Positions 9,464 through 18,983 of a stretch of DNA of 64,000 nt are shown here, piece by piece. The translations under genes were made by a program, and so were the position numbers. The stretch is from Peptococcia bacterium (GTDB lineage: Bacteria; Bacillota; Peptococcia; DRI-13; DTU073). The notes under the pieces are model-generated. The model did not search any database, was not told where the DNA came from, and was given only the letters and a program-made list of their open reading frames with translations. Positions within the stretch are counted from its first letter, which is position 1. The number at the start of each line of letters is the position of its first letter. The DNA is taken from contig JBMNJH010000012.1 in NCBI GenBank assembly GCA_050951565.1, positions 63,141 through 127,140 on the forward strand, in the 5' to 3' direction.

Positions 9464-9488
9464 CTCGGGCTCACTTCCCTTTAGTAAA

Positions 9489-9508
9489 AAATGTTAGGCT
9501 TACCTAAC
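9489..9508. promoter_or_regulatory. candidate DtxR/IdeR-type operator in the promoter region of the dtxR-feoAB operon
   Basis: aaatgttagGCTTACCTAAc. The right half matches CTWACCTWA 9/9 and the left half partly. The core palindrome is gttagg-ctta-cctaac. Confidence 0.5.
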
Positions 9509-9632
9509 TTATTTATAACCTATTTTTTGTCCCTCGTCAATAGTGAAAAAAGTTGTCGCCGTGAAACAAGGAAAGGATGGCATTTTGGCCCCGCATATGT
9601 TATATTTTGGTTGGAATGAGGAGGAATGGCAA

Positions 9633-10256
9633 TTGAAAAAGTTAATCATGACGTTTTTGTGTGGGATGTTTATATTTGCCGCCTGTACCGGCCAGGTTTG
9701 GGGAGCCGAAATTACCGTTTATCTTAACGGAAAACAAGTGGAATTTCCCGAGCAAAAACCGATCATCGTCGAGGATAGGACCATGGTTCCATTTCGGGTA
9801 ATCGCTGAACATCCCGATGTGCAAGGAGAAGTAAGTTGGAACGGCGAAGACCGTAGTGTGACCATTATCGATCGTTCCGGCAAAAGGGTAATCTTCGGGC
9901 TCGACACGGCAACCTACCGGATTATCGAGGGTCCAGGCAGTGACAATGAGGACAATGATCTTAACGACAATAACGGGGAAAAAGAAAAGGCCGGGGACAG
10001 TGTAGAGAGCACAGAGAATACAGACCGGGCGGACAGGAGCGTGGTGAAGGAAAACGATGTGGCTCCGGTGGTGTTGGAGAACCGGCAAATCATGTTGCCC
10101 CTGCGCGCTTTTGCGGAAGCATTTGATTTTGAAGTGAATTGGGATGGAACAACGAGGAGTGTAAGCATCACGGAAAAAGAAGGGTATACGCGACTTCTTT
10201 TGTCACCGGAGGAATGGGTAGCCCGGTTGAACAAGAATAAGGATGAACCCTTGTGA
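9633..10256 (+). CDS. secreted copper-amine-oxidase N-terminal-domain ('stalk' domain) protein, paralogue 1
   Basis: Two copies of the LNGK..F....P......MVP.R..AE / LPLRA.AE..DF.V.WD pattern. TTG 9633 lies 7 nt after gaggagga and gives the signal peptide MKKLIMTFLCGMFIFAACTGQVWG. The track starts at GTG 9543. Confidence 0.75.
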   Translation: MKKLIMTFLCGMFIFAACTGQVWGAEITVYLNGKQVEFPEQKPIIVEDRTMVPFRVIAEHPDVQGEVSWNGEDRSVTIIDRSGKRVIFGLDTATYRIIEGPGSDNEDNDLNDNNGEKEKAGDSVESTENTDRADRSVVKENDVAPVVLENRQIMLPLRAFAEAFDFEVNWDGTTRSVSITEKEGYTRLLLSPEEWVARLNKNKDEPL

Positions 10257-10436
10257 GGACCATGGGGGTGCCGGTAAGGTTTACCGGCGGGACCGAAAGC
10301 GTATGTAGGTGTATCCTTAATGTAAAATCGTTCCTTGTTTTTATTTGGTGCATAGTGTAAAATTGTGATAAGAAAAAGATAAAAAAAGTGTAAAAAACAT
10401 TGGGTTTTGTAAGTAATATTAAGGAGGAAAACACCC

Positions 10437-11240
10437 ATGAAAAAAATCACAATTTTATTGTTACTTGCATTTATTTTGACAATGCTGGGAACAGTGGTAG
10501 CATGGGGTGCGAGTACGAGAGACAAGATTGCGGATTATACTGTTCAGTATAGGTATCTAAATGGCATAAGTTCAGCTTTAACTTATGATATTTACGAAGA
10601 GCCCGGTCGTTCGAATGATGAGGTAATTGAAAGTACCTTAAAAAAAGTTCGGGCATCGAATAATAAAGATATTTTCCGGATTACCCATGTGAATGACAAA
10701 GAGATCAGTCGTACCAAATGGGCGAAATATGGGGGAGTCATTAATAGCCGATTCAAAAATGATCCTGCAGGGGTCAAGGCCGCGTCGAAGCCGCCCACAA
10801 CGTCCACTAAAGAGGTAAGGGTGTTTATCAATGGCAAACAGGTTACTTTCCCAGACCAGAAGCCCATTATTATTCAGGGACGCACGATGGTTCCCATGCG
10901 GGCGGTTTTTGAACATCCAGATGTGCAGGCACAAGTAGTATGGAATGAGAAAAACCGCACCGTAACCGCTACGGACCGTTCCGACAAGACGATTGTCTTT
11001 AAGATTGGCGACAACTATTACACGGTGAAAACCGGTTCCAAAGAAGAAAAGAAATACTCCGATGTGGCACCTCGCATCCAAAGCGGCCGAACCCTGTTGC
11101 CCTTGCGGGCTTTGTCCGAGTCCCTTGATTTTGAAGTGAACTGGATTGACAACGAGCGGAAAGTCGACATCAAGGAAAAACCGGGGAACAAACGTAAACT
11201 ACTGCCAGCGGAGGAATGGGAAAAAATCCTGAAAAAATAA
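10437..11240 (+). CDS. secreted copper-amine-oxidase N-terminal-domain protein, paralogue 2
   Basis: aaggagg RBS, a signal peptide, and a C-terminal half that by eye is highly similar to the 12960..13799 product. Confidence 0.8.
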   Translation: MKKITILLLLAFILTMLGTVVAWGASTRDKIADYTVQYRYLNGISSALTYDIYEEPGRSNDEVIESTLKKVRASNNKDIFRITHVNDKEISRTKWAKYGGVINSRFKNDPAGVKAASKPPTTSTKEVRVFINGKQVTFPDQKPIIIQGRTMVPMRAVFEHPDVQAQVVWNEKNRTVTATDRSDKTIVFKIGDNYYTVKTGSKEEKKYSDVAPRIQSGRTLLPLRALSESLDFEVNWIDNERKVDIKEKPGNKRKLLPAEEWEKILKK

Positions 11241-11267
11241 ACCCGTAAAGATTAATAGCGCACGATT

Positions 11268-11297
11268 AAAACCGGCAGAGCACCTGCCGGTTTTATT
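11268..11297. terminator. bidirectional intrinsic terminator
   Basis: aaaaccggcag-agcac-ctgccggtttt, followed by tatt. Confidence 0.7.
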
Positions 11298-11346
11298 ATG
11301 CGCACCAAACCATTTCTGAGGATTAAATTGGGAGGATGAAAAAGAT

Positions 11347-12768
11347 TCATGGCAGAACGGGCGGGAGGCCGTCGATTAATTGATTGATCGTTACCGGATA
11401 AATGTTTTTTTGCGCAGCAAAGCTGATTAACTCATCGCTGAAACCGTTTTTGGAAAAAAGATAATAATATACTCTGGCGGTATTGTTGCTTGGTTTAAAC
11501 TTGGCAAGAAGAGTATTTAAATCTTTCAAGTTAAAGGGGGCATTTTTGAATTTGCATTCACCGATGAGAAAATGGTTTTTCTCCTTATCGGTGGCCATGA
11601 TGTCTAGCTCGTCCGTCTTGTCCCACCAGCGCCCAATTTTGGTAAAGCGGAAAGGTAGTCTTTCTTGCCTGTTGAGCTTTCTTAAATATTCTCGGCAAAT
11701 CAGTTCAAAGCTCCTCGAGGTAAATTGGTTTAAAGAAGGTTTTACAACCTGATGAAAAACGCCATCTATGTCCCCTGTTTCCAGTTCTGATATACAGGGG
11801 AAAACGAAAGCGTACCAAAAACGGAAGAAGTTGTCGGTAATTTGATACAGCCCTCTTTGAAAGCTCGCTTGTTTCTTAATGCTTTCGGAAACGGGAACCT
11901 CTCGCTCGATAATCCCTAAATCGATCAGGTTTTTTAAATATACCGTCAGCTTATTTTTGTCAATTTGGGTTTTTTGATAGATTTCATTAAGTTTGGTATT
12001 ACCTAAAGCGATTGCTTCAATAATCGTGTTGTAGATGGTGGTTTCCCGTAATTCTTGCCTTATTAAGAATTCTATTTCGGAATAGAGGATACTACCTTTT
12101 TGAAGGATGTTTGCTTTGATGTTTTTCTCCAGTGATTGATTATGATCAAATTGTTTTAAATAGTGGGGGATACCTCCCAGGATGGCATAGGCATATATTT
12201 TCTCCAGATGAGGGTATTTGGGGAAGAATTGAATAGCGTCATAAAAGTCCATTTTGCTCATTTTTAAGATGCCGGTTGCTCTGCCGTAAAGGGGATTTTT
12301 TTCCGCTAATACTTCTTTTTCGATAAAAGACATGGCACTGCCGCAAAGAATGATCATTACATTTTCTGCTTTGAGTTTTTCATCCCATAGTTTTTGTAAT
12401 AGAGAAGGGATAGAGCGATTATTTTTGATCATGTAGGGAAACTCATCGATAATCAGTAGTTTTTTTCCTTCTGAAGGCAATTCGGATACACAGGCAAAAG
12501 CCTGTTCCCAGTCGGCAAACTCGCGCAAGTATTTGGCTGCAGGAACATTCTTTTTAAGCATTCTCGCACTGAAGTCTTTAAGCTGTTTTTCATTCGTACT
12601 TTCGGTACAGGTATAAAAGACATGGTCTTTTCCTTCGCAAAACTTACGCAGGGTTTCAGTCTTTCCGATACGGCGACGACCGTATACCACAATGAGTTGA
12701 CCGCCTTTACTACGGTATTTATCTTCTAAGAATTGCAGTTCGTTTTTTCTGCCGATAAACATCCGCAA
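11347..12768 (-). CDS. AAA-type ATPase of the archaeal-ATPase/DUF234 family
   Basis: Walker A GRRRIGKT, Walker B LLIIDEFPY, and a C-terminal winged-helix plus DUF234-like tail. 473 aa. Confidence 0.75.
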   Translation of the reverse strand: MRMFIGRKNELQFLEDKYRSKGGQLIVVYGRRRIGKTETLRKFCEGKDHVFYTCTESTNEKQLKDFSARMLKKNVPAAKYLREFADWEQAFACVSELPSEGKKLLIIDEFPYMIKNNRSIPSLLQKLWDEKLKAENVMIILCGSAMSFIEKEVLAEKNPLYGRATGILKMSKMDFYDAIQFFPKYPHLEKIYAYAILGGIPHYLKQFDHNQSLEKNIKANILQKGSILYSEIEFLIRQELRETTIYNTIIEAIALGNTKLNEIYQKTQIDKNKLTVYLKNLIDLGIIEREVPVSESIKKQASFQRGLYQITDNFFRFWYAFVFPCISELETGDIDGVFHQVVKPSLNQFTSRSFELICREYLRKLNRQERLPFRFTKIGRWWDKTDELDIMATDKEKNHFLIGECKFKNAPFNLKDLNTLLAKFKPSNNTARVYYYLFSKNGFSDELISFAAQKNIYPVTINQLIDGLPPVLP

Positions 12769-12959
12769 GCCCCCTTAATTTATCAAATCACGATTATTAT
12801 AATCTAGATTTGATTATATTACATTATTTACCTGTTGTCAAGCAAGGGAAAATTCTATTACATTTTTGGCATTGGTTGAAACTGTTGCTATATTTTTGTA
12901 TAATAATACACGTTAGTACTTGTGGAATATTTAGTATGGGGTTAAGGGGGCAGGATGCT

Positions 12960-13799
12960 GTGAGCAAGAGTAGGAAATCAAAGGTTATCATATTATTGCT
13001 TATTGTTGTTTTAACAAGTGCAAGTTCAGTCGAGGTCTGGGGAGAATTGCCCGGGTATGAGAATGTTGTTAGAAGCTATAAAATAGCCGATTATACCGTG
13101 GAGGTTCGACGCCCCGATGGCAGGCAGCTTATTAGAACTTTTCCAGTTTACAATAGTACAATCTACACAGATGATGAGATGATTGAAGCATCTTTAAAGA
13201 GTTGCTGGACAAATAATGAAAGAGAGCTCTATCGTATCACTCATGTTAACGGTAAGCCAATTGAGCAGACGAAATGGGCTAAATACGGGGGAGTCATCCA
13301 GCATGTAGGTAGAAACTTGATGTTTTCGTATGTACCATTGGAGCCTGCCGTTACCGAGGTGGCCGTGTTCATTAATGGAAAGCAGATTGAGTTTCCCGAC
13401 CAAAAGCCGATCATTATGCTTGGAAGGACAATGGTACCCATGCGGGCAGTTTTCGAGCATCCGGATGTCCAGGCGCAGGTAATCTGGAATGAGGATGAAG
13501 AAACCGTTACGGCTACAGACCGTTCCGGGAAAACCATCGTTTTTCGGATCGGGGAAGAGAATTACCGGGTTAAAACAGGTAACAAGGAAGAACTGAAACA
13601 ATCAGATGTTGCCCCGTTAATTCAAAACAGTCGCACATTGCTTCCGCTACGGGCTTTGGCGGAATCGCTGGATTTTAAGGTGGATTGGATCGGGGAAGAA
13701 AAGAAAGTTGAGATAAAAGAAAAACCGGGGACTAAGCGTAAACTTTTGTCTCCCGAGGAGTGGGCAACCTTTTTAAAGCAGGGGGGGAACACTCAATGA
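12960..13799 (+). CDS. secreted copper-amine-oxidase N-terminal-domain protein, paralogue 3
   Basis: Shares the N-module (IADYTV..RITHVNGK..TKWAKYGGVI) and the C-terminal stalk domains with paralogue 2. GTG 12960 follows aaggggg and gives the signal MSKSRKSKVIILLLIVVL. The track start at 12810 is unlikely, and ATG 12936 is possible. Confidence 0.7.
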   Translation: MSKSRKSKVIILLLIVVLTSASSVEVWGELPGYENVVRSYKIADYTVEVRRPDGRQLIRTFPVYNSTIYTDDEMIEASLKSCWTNNERELYRITHVNGKPIEQTKWAKYGGVIQHVGRNLMFSYVPLEPAVTEVAVFINGKQIEFPDQKPIIMLGRTMVPMRAVFEHPDVQAQVIWNEDEETVTATDRSGKTIVFRIGEENYRVKTGNKEELKQSDVAPLIQNSRTLLPLRALAESLDFKVDWIGEEKKVEIKEKPGTKRKLLSPEEWATFLKQGGNTQ

Positions 13800-16675
13800 G
13801 AAAACTTCGAAAGTGGAAGTTATCCGTCGTAATATTTTTTCTGGTTTATATAATTACAAGCATCCTGCCGGCAACTTCATTGCCGGTTTTTGCTGCCGCT
13901 CCCCGTTTTGGCATTGATGAATATAACTCCCGACAGATTAAAGACAGCTTCGCAGAAACCGGTTTTCCCTTTCAGGTAGCGTGGTCTTGTGATTTAAAAG
14001 GGAAGGTTAACAGCCAGCCGATTATTGTGGACGGGAATGTCTATGTTCAAGCCGGAAAAGATTTAGTAAAACTATCGTTAGCAGATGGCAAGATTCTGGG
14101 CAGAGTAACAGTAAACAATCATGAGTTACCTTCCGGTTCGTCACCGACTTATGCTAAGACGACTCATGGATCGAGGATTTATCAGGCCACCCGTGATCAC
14201 CGGCTCTGGGCAATTGAGCCGGAAACCTTGAAGCCAATTTGGGATGAACCCTTAATTTTATCTTATGACGGGAAGAATTATGATAAGCGTTACCGGGTCA
14301 CCGCCAGTCCTTTTGTGTATATTCATAATAACCGGACATATATTGCGATAGGCACGGCCAATGGGGACGGCACGGGTCTCCCCGGACAGTATAAGGATAA
14401 CGGTTTCTTCATTATTCAGGATAAGGGTTTCGAAGCACAGGTTGTTTTTAGTGGTAAGTTTGAAGGAGAAGTTACTGGTTCTCCCATTTTTCATCAGGGG
14501 ATGGTTATTGCCACGGAAAATACGCAGAGAGCAGAATCAATGTTGATCAGGTATTCACCGGAGCTGAATCACTACATTTCAATAAATTGTAAACTTCCTT
14601 TTTGTATACCCGGTTCACCGGCAGCAGAAGGCGAATACATTTACGTTGCGGATAGGGAAGGGTGTATCTATAAATTCCATAACAAAAATGCAAATGAAAT
14701 ATGGGCAAATCCTTTCGAACAAGGTGAGTTCGACTTTAATCGGCCACATAACAGCTACAACCTTATGTCACCCACCATTGGTAGCAAATATATCTATCTG
14801 CCGATTCGGAACTACCATAGTAGAGCCACGGGCGGTTCCGGAGCGGTGGTCGCAGTAGATAAAGAAACAGGCTTAACCCATAAAGTGCGCAAGTTTAACA
14901 CGATTCTTCGCTCCAACCTGCTTTACTGGAAACCCTCCCCGGAGTCAGAGCAGGATTATGTATTTGTTTTTGCCTATGACGGGACGGCCTGGGTTTTGGA
15001 TGGACATACCCTTGAGCCTGTACCGTGGTTTTATGACAAGACGGAAAATAGGGTCAAGGAAGTGGTAGAGCTCTTTCCTGTGAGGTCGGGCAGTGATTCC
15101 CCTGAGATGGTTATCGCCGAATCCCACCTTTTGATTACCGATGGCCAAGGCATTATGCATGCGTATAAAGCGGAAGAGCCGATAAACTTCAAAGCAGTAT
15201 CCTTAGAACCGGTGGAACAGGTTCCGGGTGAGGCGAAGGCGGGATATGAGGGCGGCGAGGAGGTCCAGCTTCAATTCACCGTGGAAAACACTTCCCCTGT
15301 CGATTACAGGAATATTCCGATCGTCCTCACTGAGCCGGACGGCACAACTATTCCCGGTGGTACTATAGACTTAGCGGCCGGGGAAAGAAAAACCGTGGTG
15401 CCTTGGACCGTGGAAGTGCCTCCTTCCGACAGTCTGCTTTATCAGGCGACCATCAACCCCGAAGGGCATCCCCAGGAAATCACGGCGGAGGTAAAACCAC
15501 GGATTGATAATACCGCCGAAGTGGAGCTGAATAAAAAGAGTCATGATATTGAGGTAGTGTCCTTGTCGGTGGAAACGCCTACTGATGCCGGGAAGGTGCA
15601 AAACATTGAAGCGGTGATTGTCAATAATACCGGGAGCGAACTGCCGGAGGTGGTCGTCCAATGGCAGGAGGACAGCCAGGTGATTCGTGAAGAAAAGGTA
15701 TCCTTTGCCGTGGGAGAGACCAAAACCCTTTCCTTTGCCTGGCGCGCCCCGGACCGTGAAGATATTATCAATCTGGCCGTGTTGGTTGATCCGGCAGAGC
15801 TCTTGCCGGATACCAACCGGGCCAATAATTTCAAAGAACAATACATTACCGTGCGCAAGCAAGTCCAGCGTAGTTGTACCGAGCCTTTGGAAAGGGCCAG
15901 TTGGGACGTAACCTACAACATTATTGAAGGGTATAATAAGAAAAGAGTATCGTATACCGTGACGGAAAGAGATGAAAACGGGAACGAGGTAAAAAGGCGC
16001 AAGTCGAAATGGGTGACCGATTACAACAACCCGATTTGGAAACCGGTTACCGTCACCTATAACGAAGCGCTTTCCGTGGAAGTCAAAGTGAACACCAAAC
16101 AGGGGATAGCCACCGATCCTAAAAACCCCAAGGAAAGCGACCGGGAAAGCCGGGGTTCCTGGGCCATTATCCCTTATGCTGAGGAACTGTCGAAAAAATT
16201 AGGCAGGCGCGTTGACCCAAATGAGATTACCCGGGCCGGGTATGGTTTTGAAGTAACCGTAGTGACGGATTACCAGAATGACTGGGAAACCAAAGTGCCC
16301 GAGGGTCTGGAGGATACCGCCCAGCCCATTGGAGGAACTTTTAACGGGCCGAAACAGGTCTTCGCGGAATTCTACGATACGAATAACCGCTTTGTTACCG
16401 CTGTGGAAATGGAAAGGGTGTCGGGCAGCAAGGGAACGGGGAAAGCCACCTGGAAGCTGCCGGAAAAGAAGTACACTTTTCAGGACCGAACAACAGTCTT
16501 TGAAAGAAAGCATTACACCAGCCCCGACATCAAGGACGGCGATTACACGGTGCTGGTGCGCGTGGAATACGCAGGCAAGAACGGGCTCTATACCTGCAAA
16601 CAAAAGGTCGTGAAGATTTGGGGCAGTATGTATGATGATTTTTACACCGCCCCTGTGCCCCGCAACCGGCGGTAA
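13796..16675 (+). CDS. large secreted protein: PQQ-like beta-propeller, two CARDB-like domains and an unassigned ~300-aa C-terminal region
   Basis: ATG 13796 overlaps the upstream stop (ATGA). N-terminal signal or anchor. BamB/PQQ-like blades (GNVYVQAG..L, IYVADREGCIYKF). CARDB signatures (..NTS.., ..DTNRANNFKEQYITV). Confidence 0.7.
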   Translation: MRKLRKWKLSVVIFFLVYIITSILPATSLPVFAAAPRFGIDEYNSRQIKDSFAETGFPFQVAWSCDLKGKVNSQPIIVDGNVYVQAGKDLVKLSLADGKILGRVTVNNHELPSGSSPTYAKTTHGSRIYQATRDHRLWAIEPETLKPIWDEPLILSYDGKNYDKRYRVTASPFVYIHNNRTYIAIGTANGDGTGLPGQYKDNGFFIIQDKGFEAQVVFSGKFEGEVTGSPIFHQGMVIATENTQRAESMLIRYSPELNHYISINCKLPFCIPGSPAAEGEYIYVADREGCIYKFHNKNANEIWANPFEQGEFDFNRPHNSYNLMSPTIGSKYIYLPIRNYHSRATGGSGAVVAVDKETGLTHKVRKFNTILRSNLLYWKPSPESEQDYVFVFAYDGTAWVLDGHTLEPVPWFYDKTENRVKEVVELFPVRSGSDSPEMVIAESHLLITDGQGIMHAYKAEEPINFKAVSLEPVEQVPGEAKAGYEGGEEVQLQFTVENTSPVDYRNIPIVLTEPDGTTIPGGTIDLAAGERKTVVPWTVEVPPSDSLLYQATINPEGHPQEITAEVKPRIDNTAEVELNKKSHDIEVVSLSVETPTDAGKVQNIEAVIVNNTGSELPEVVVQWQEDSQVIREEKVSFAVGETKTLSFAWRAPDREDIINLAVLVDPAELLPDTNRANNFKEQYITVRKQVQRSCTEPLERASWDVTYNIIEGYNKKRVSYTVTERDENGNEVKRRKSKWVTDYNNPIWKPVTVTYNEALSVEVKVNTKQGIATDPKNPKESDRESRGSWAIIPYAEELSKKLGRRVDPNEITRAGYGFEVTVVTDYQNDWETKVPEGLEDTAQPIGGTFNGPKQVFAEFYDTNNRFVTAVEMERVSGSKGTGKATWKLPEKKYTFQDRTTVFERKHYTSPDIKDGDYTVLVRVEYAGKNGLYTCKQKVVKIWGSMYDDFYTAPVPRNRR

Positions 16676-16685
16676 GTGATATATA

Positions 16686-16715
16686 GGACAACTGTTTTAA
16701 AACAGTTGTCCTTTT
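16686..16715 (+). terminator. intrinsic terminator
   Basis: Perfect palindrome ggacaactgtttt/aaaacagttgtcc followed by tttt. Confidence 0.8.
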
Positions 16716-16772
16716 CAGCTAACGAAAAACGGTATAATATGAAAGAAAGCAATTATAAAGGTGGAATTGCGA

Positions 16773-17351
16773 ATGACAGACAATGGTGATAAAACAATCA
16801 GAGCCTTTCTGGGGATTGAACTGGCACCGGAAGTAAAAAAGGCGATCTACGAGTTGCAGCAGCGCCTTAGAAAATACGCGCTCAAAGGCCGCTGGAAGTA
16901 TATCGAGAATTATCATCTTACTTTAAAGTTTTTGGATCAGATAAGTATGGCCCAGTGGAAACAAATTGATGCGGCGATGAGAGAGGTTGCTGGGGGCAAG
17001 AAGCCTTTTGATTTAATTGTATCCGGGATGGGGGTTTTTGCAGGCAAAGGAGCCATCCGGGTCTTATGGCTGGGGCTGAGCGGCGACCTTCCTGAGCTCT
17101 ATTCGTTACAGCGGGAAATTGACCAAGCCCTGACTCCCTTGGGTTTTCCGCCGGAGAAGCGCCCCTACCGACCCCACATTACCATTGGACAAGACATTGT
17201 TTTCGAATGCCCTTTCGACCAGATTCGTGAAAGCAGCGGTGAAGTGCACTTGGGGTTAACCAAAGTGGACAACATATATTTATTCAAAAGTGAGCAAGTT
17301 CAGCAGAAGAGGGTGTATTCGAAGCTCTCTGAATACCAATTGAACGGCTAG
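16773..17351 (+). CDS. thpR: RNA 2',3'-cyclic phosphodiesterase (2H phosphoesterase, LigT/ThpR)
   Basis: Two HxT/S motifs (HLTLKF and HITIGQ). ATG 16773 follows aaggtgga. Confidence 0.85.
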   Translation: MTDNGDKTIRAFLGIELAPEVKKAIYELQQRLRKYALKGRWKYIENYHLTLKFLDQISMAQWKQIDAAMREVAGGKKPFDLIVSGMGVFAGKGAIRVLWLGLSGDLPELYSLQREIDQALTPLGFPPEKRPYRPHITIGQDIVFECPFDQIRESSGEVHLGLTKVDNIYLFKSEQVQQKRVYSKLSEYQLNG

Positions 17352-17468
17352 CACTCCAACCATTTCCGGAAATTCAAGAAAAAGAGGTAAAAAAGTGGAA
17401 AAATGTAGTATAATATGTTGTATAATATCTTATAAAATCTTTTGAAAAAATCAGGCAAGAGGGGTTTT

Positions 17469-18146
17469 ATGGAGAAGCATTTACACTGGGGACACCGGCA
17501 ACGGGTCAAAAAAAGATTTTTGGAAGAAGGATTAGATGCTTTTGCTGATCATCAGGTGTTGGAGTTGCTGTTGTTTTATTGTATCCCGATGAAGGATACC
17601 AATGAACTGGCTCATAAGATGATCGACCAATTTGGTTCCCTGGCCAATTTGTTTGAAGCCAGGCCGGAAGAGATCTGCGAGCGGTGCAAGGTCAGCGAGA
17701 ACACGGCCATATTAATCTCGTTGATTCCTAAGCTTGCCGGCAGGTATTATCAAGGGAAAAAAGGAAACCGGCCGGTATTAGGCAATCCTAAGGATGCCGG
17801 CGAGTACATCCGGACTCTTTTTGCGGGAAGAACCTATGAGGCTTTTTATGTGGTTAGCCTGGATTCCCAAAACAGGGTGAATCATGCCACGCTGGTCCAC
17901 GAGGGAACAATTAATGAAGCGCCCGTTTATCCAAGGAGGATCGTGGAAACGGCACTGCATCATAAAGCGAATACCATCATCGTGGCCCACAATCATCCCG
18001 GAGGAAGTTTGCGTCCTTCCCGGGGTGATATTGACGTGACCGGGAAAATAAGGATTGCCACGGAATCGATTGGGATCAGGGTAGTTGATCACATCATTGT
18101 GGCCGGGGACCAGTTTTTTAGCTTTGCCGAAAACGGCTTGCTGTAA
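17469..18146 (+). CDS. radC: RadC-family JAB/MPN-domain protein
   Basis: HGHRQR N-terminus, a helix-hairpin-helix region, and the JAMM motif HNHPGGSLRPSRGD. ATG 17469 follows aagagggg. Confidence 0.88.
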   Translation: MEKHLHWGHRQRVKKRFLEEGLDAFADHQVLELLLFYCIPMKDTNELAHKMIDQFGSLANLFEARPEEICERCKVSENTAILISLIPKLAGRYYQGKKGNRPVLGNPKDAGEYIRTLFAGRTYEAFYVVSLDSQNRVNHATLVHEGTINEAPVYPRRIVETALHHKANTIIVAHNHPGGSLRPSRGDIDVTGKIRIATESIGIRVVDHIIVAGDQFFSFAENGLL

Positions 18147-18295
18147 GGCGATTTAAAATAATCTTAAAACATTTGTAAGATGTTTGTAAAATATTTGGAT
18201 GATAATTATAAATAAAGAGGGGATGGGCTGATGATCGGCATATGAGGGAGGATTTGGGCAATGCTAGTACGGAAAAGGATTAAGGAGAGGTGCGC

Positions 18296-18847
18296 ATGGA
18301 CAAATTTACTTTAACCCAGGAAGATGCGGTTTTGATGTTGATTGATATCCAGGAGCGGCTGGTCCCGGCCATGCTCGATGGCCCCAAGATGCTTCAAAAT
18401 ACCAATATCCTCATTACCGTAGCCCAAAAGTTAAATATTCCCGTTATCGTCACCGAACAATACCCCAAAGGCTTAGGGAAGACCGTACCGGAAGTCAGTG
18501 CCAATTTTGACGAACAGGTGGCGGTTTACGAAAAAATCACCTTCAACGGCTGCATTGAGGAAATAGCCGCTGTCTTAAAACAAAACGGGAAGAAGAAAAA
18601 CATCGTAGCGGGCATGGAAACCCACATTTGTGTTTTTCAGACGGTAAGAGAATTACTGGCTCAGGATTACCAGGTGTTTGTGGTGGGGGATGCGGTCTGT
18701 TCCCGCACCAGGGAAAACTACCTGAACGGCCTGGCCCAAATGCAGGCCATGGGGGCGGTGGTAACCAACACCGAAACGGTGGTTTTCGATTTGCTGAAGA
18801 GGGCAGGAACCCCCCTCTTTAAAGAGATGTCCAAGCTGGTCAAATAA
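18296..18847 (+). CDS. isochorismatase-family cysteine hydrolase
   Basis: LMLIDIQ (Asp) and GMETHICV (Cys). ATG 18296 follows aaggagagg. Confidence 0.85.
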   Translation: MDKFTLTQEDAVLMLIDIQERLVPAMLDGPKMLQNTNILITVAQKLNIPVIVTEQYPKGLGKTVPEVSANFDEQVAVYEKITFNGCIEEIAAVLKQNGKKKNIVAGMETHICVFQTVRELLAQDYQVFVVGDAVCSRTRENYLNGLAQMQAMGAVVTNTETVVFDLLKRAGTPLFKEMSKLVK

Positions 18848-18983
18848 TTGAGCCGCCGGGAAAGGCGGCTTCGCGAAAAAGCTATTTTAAGGGAGGTGGT
18901 TAGCTAAAAAAATTTTAAATTATTCCGTATAATGCTTTGGGATTCAATCGCATGGTTTGAAATATTTGACGGGAGGTATGTAG

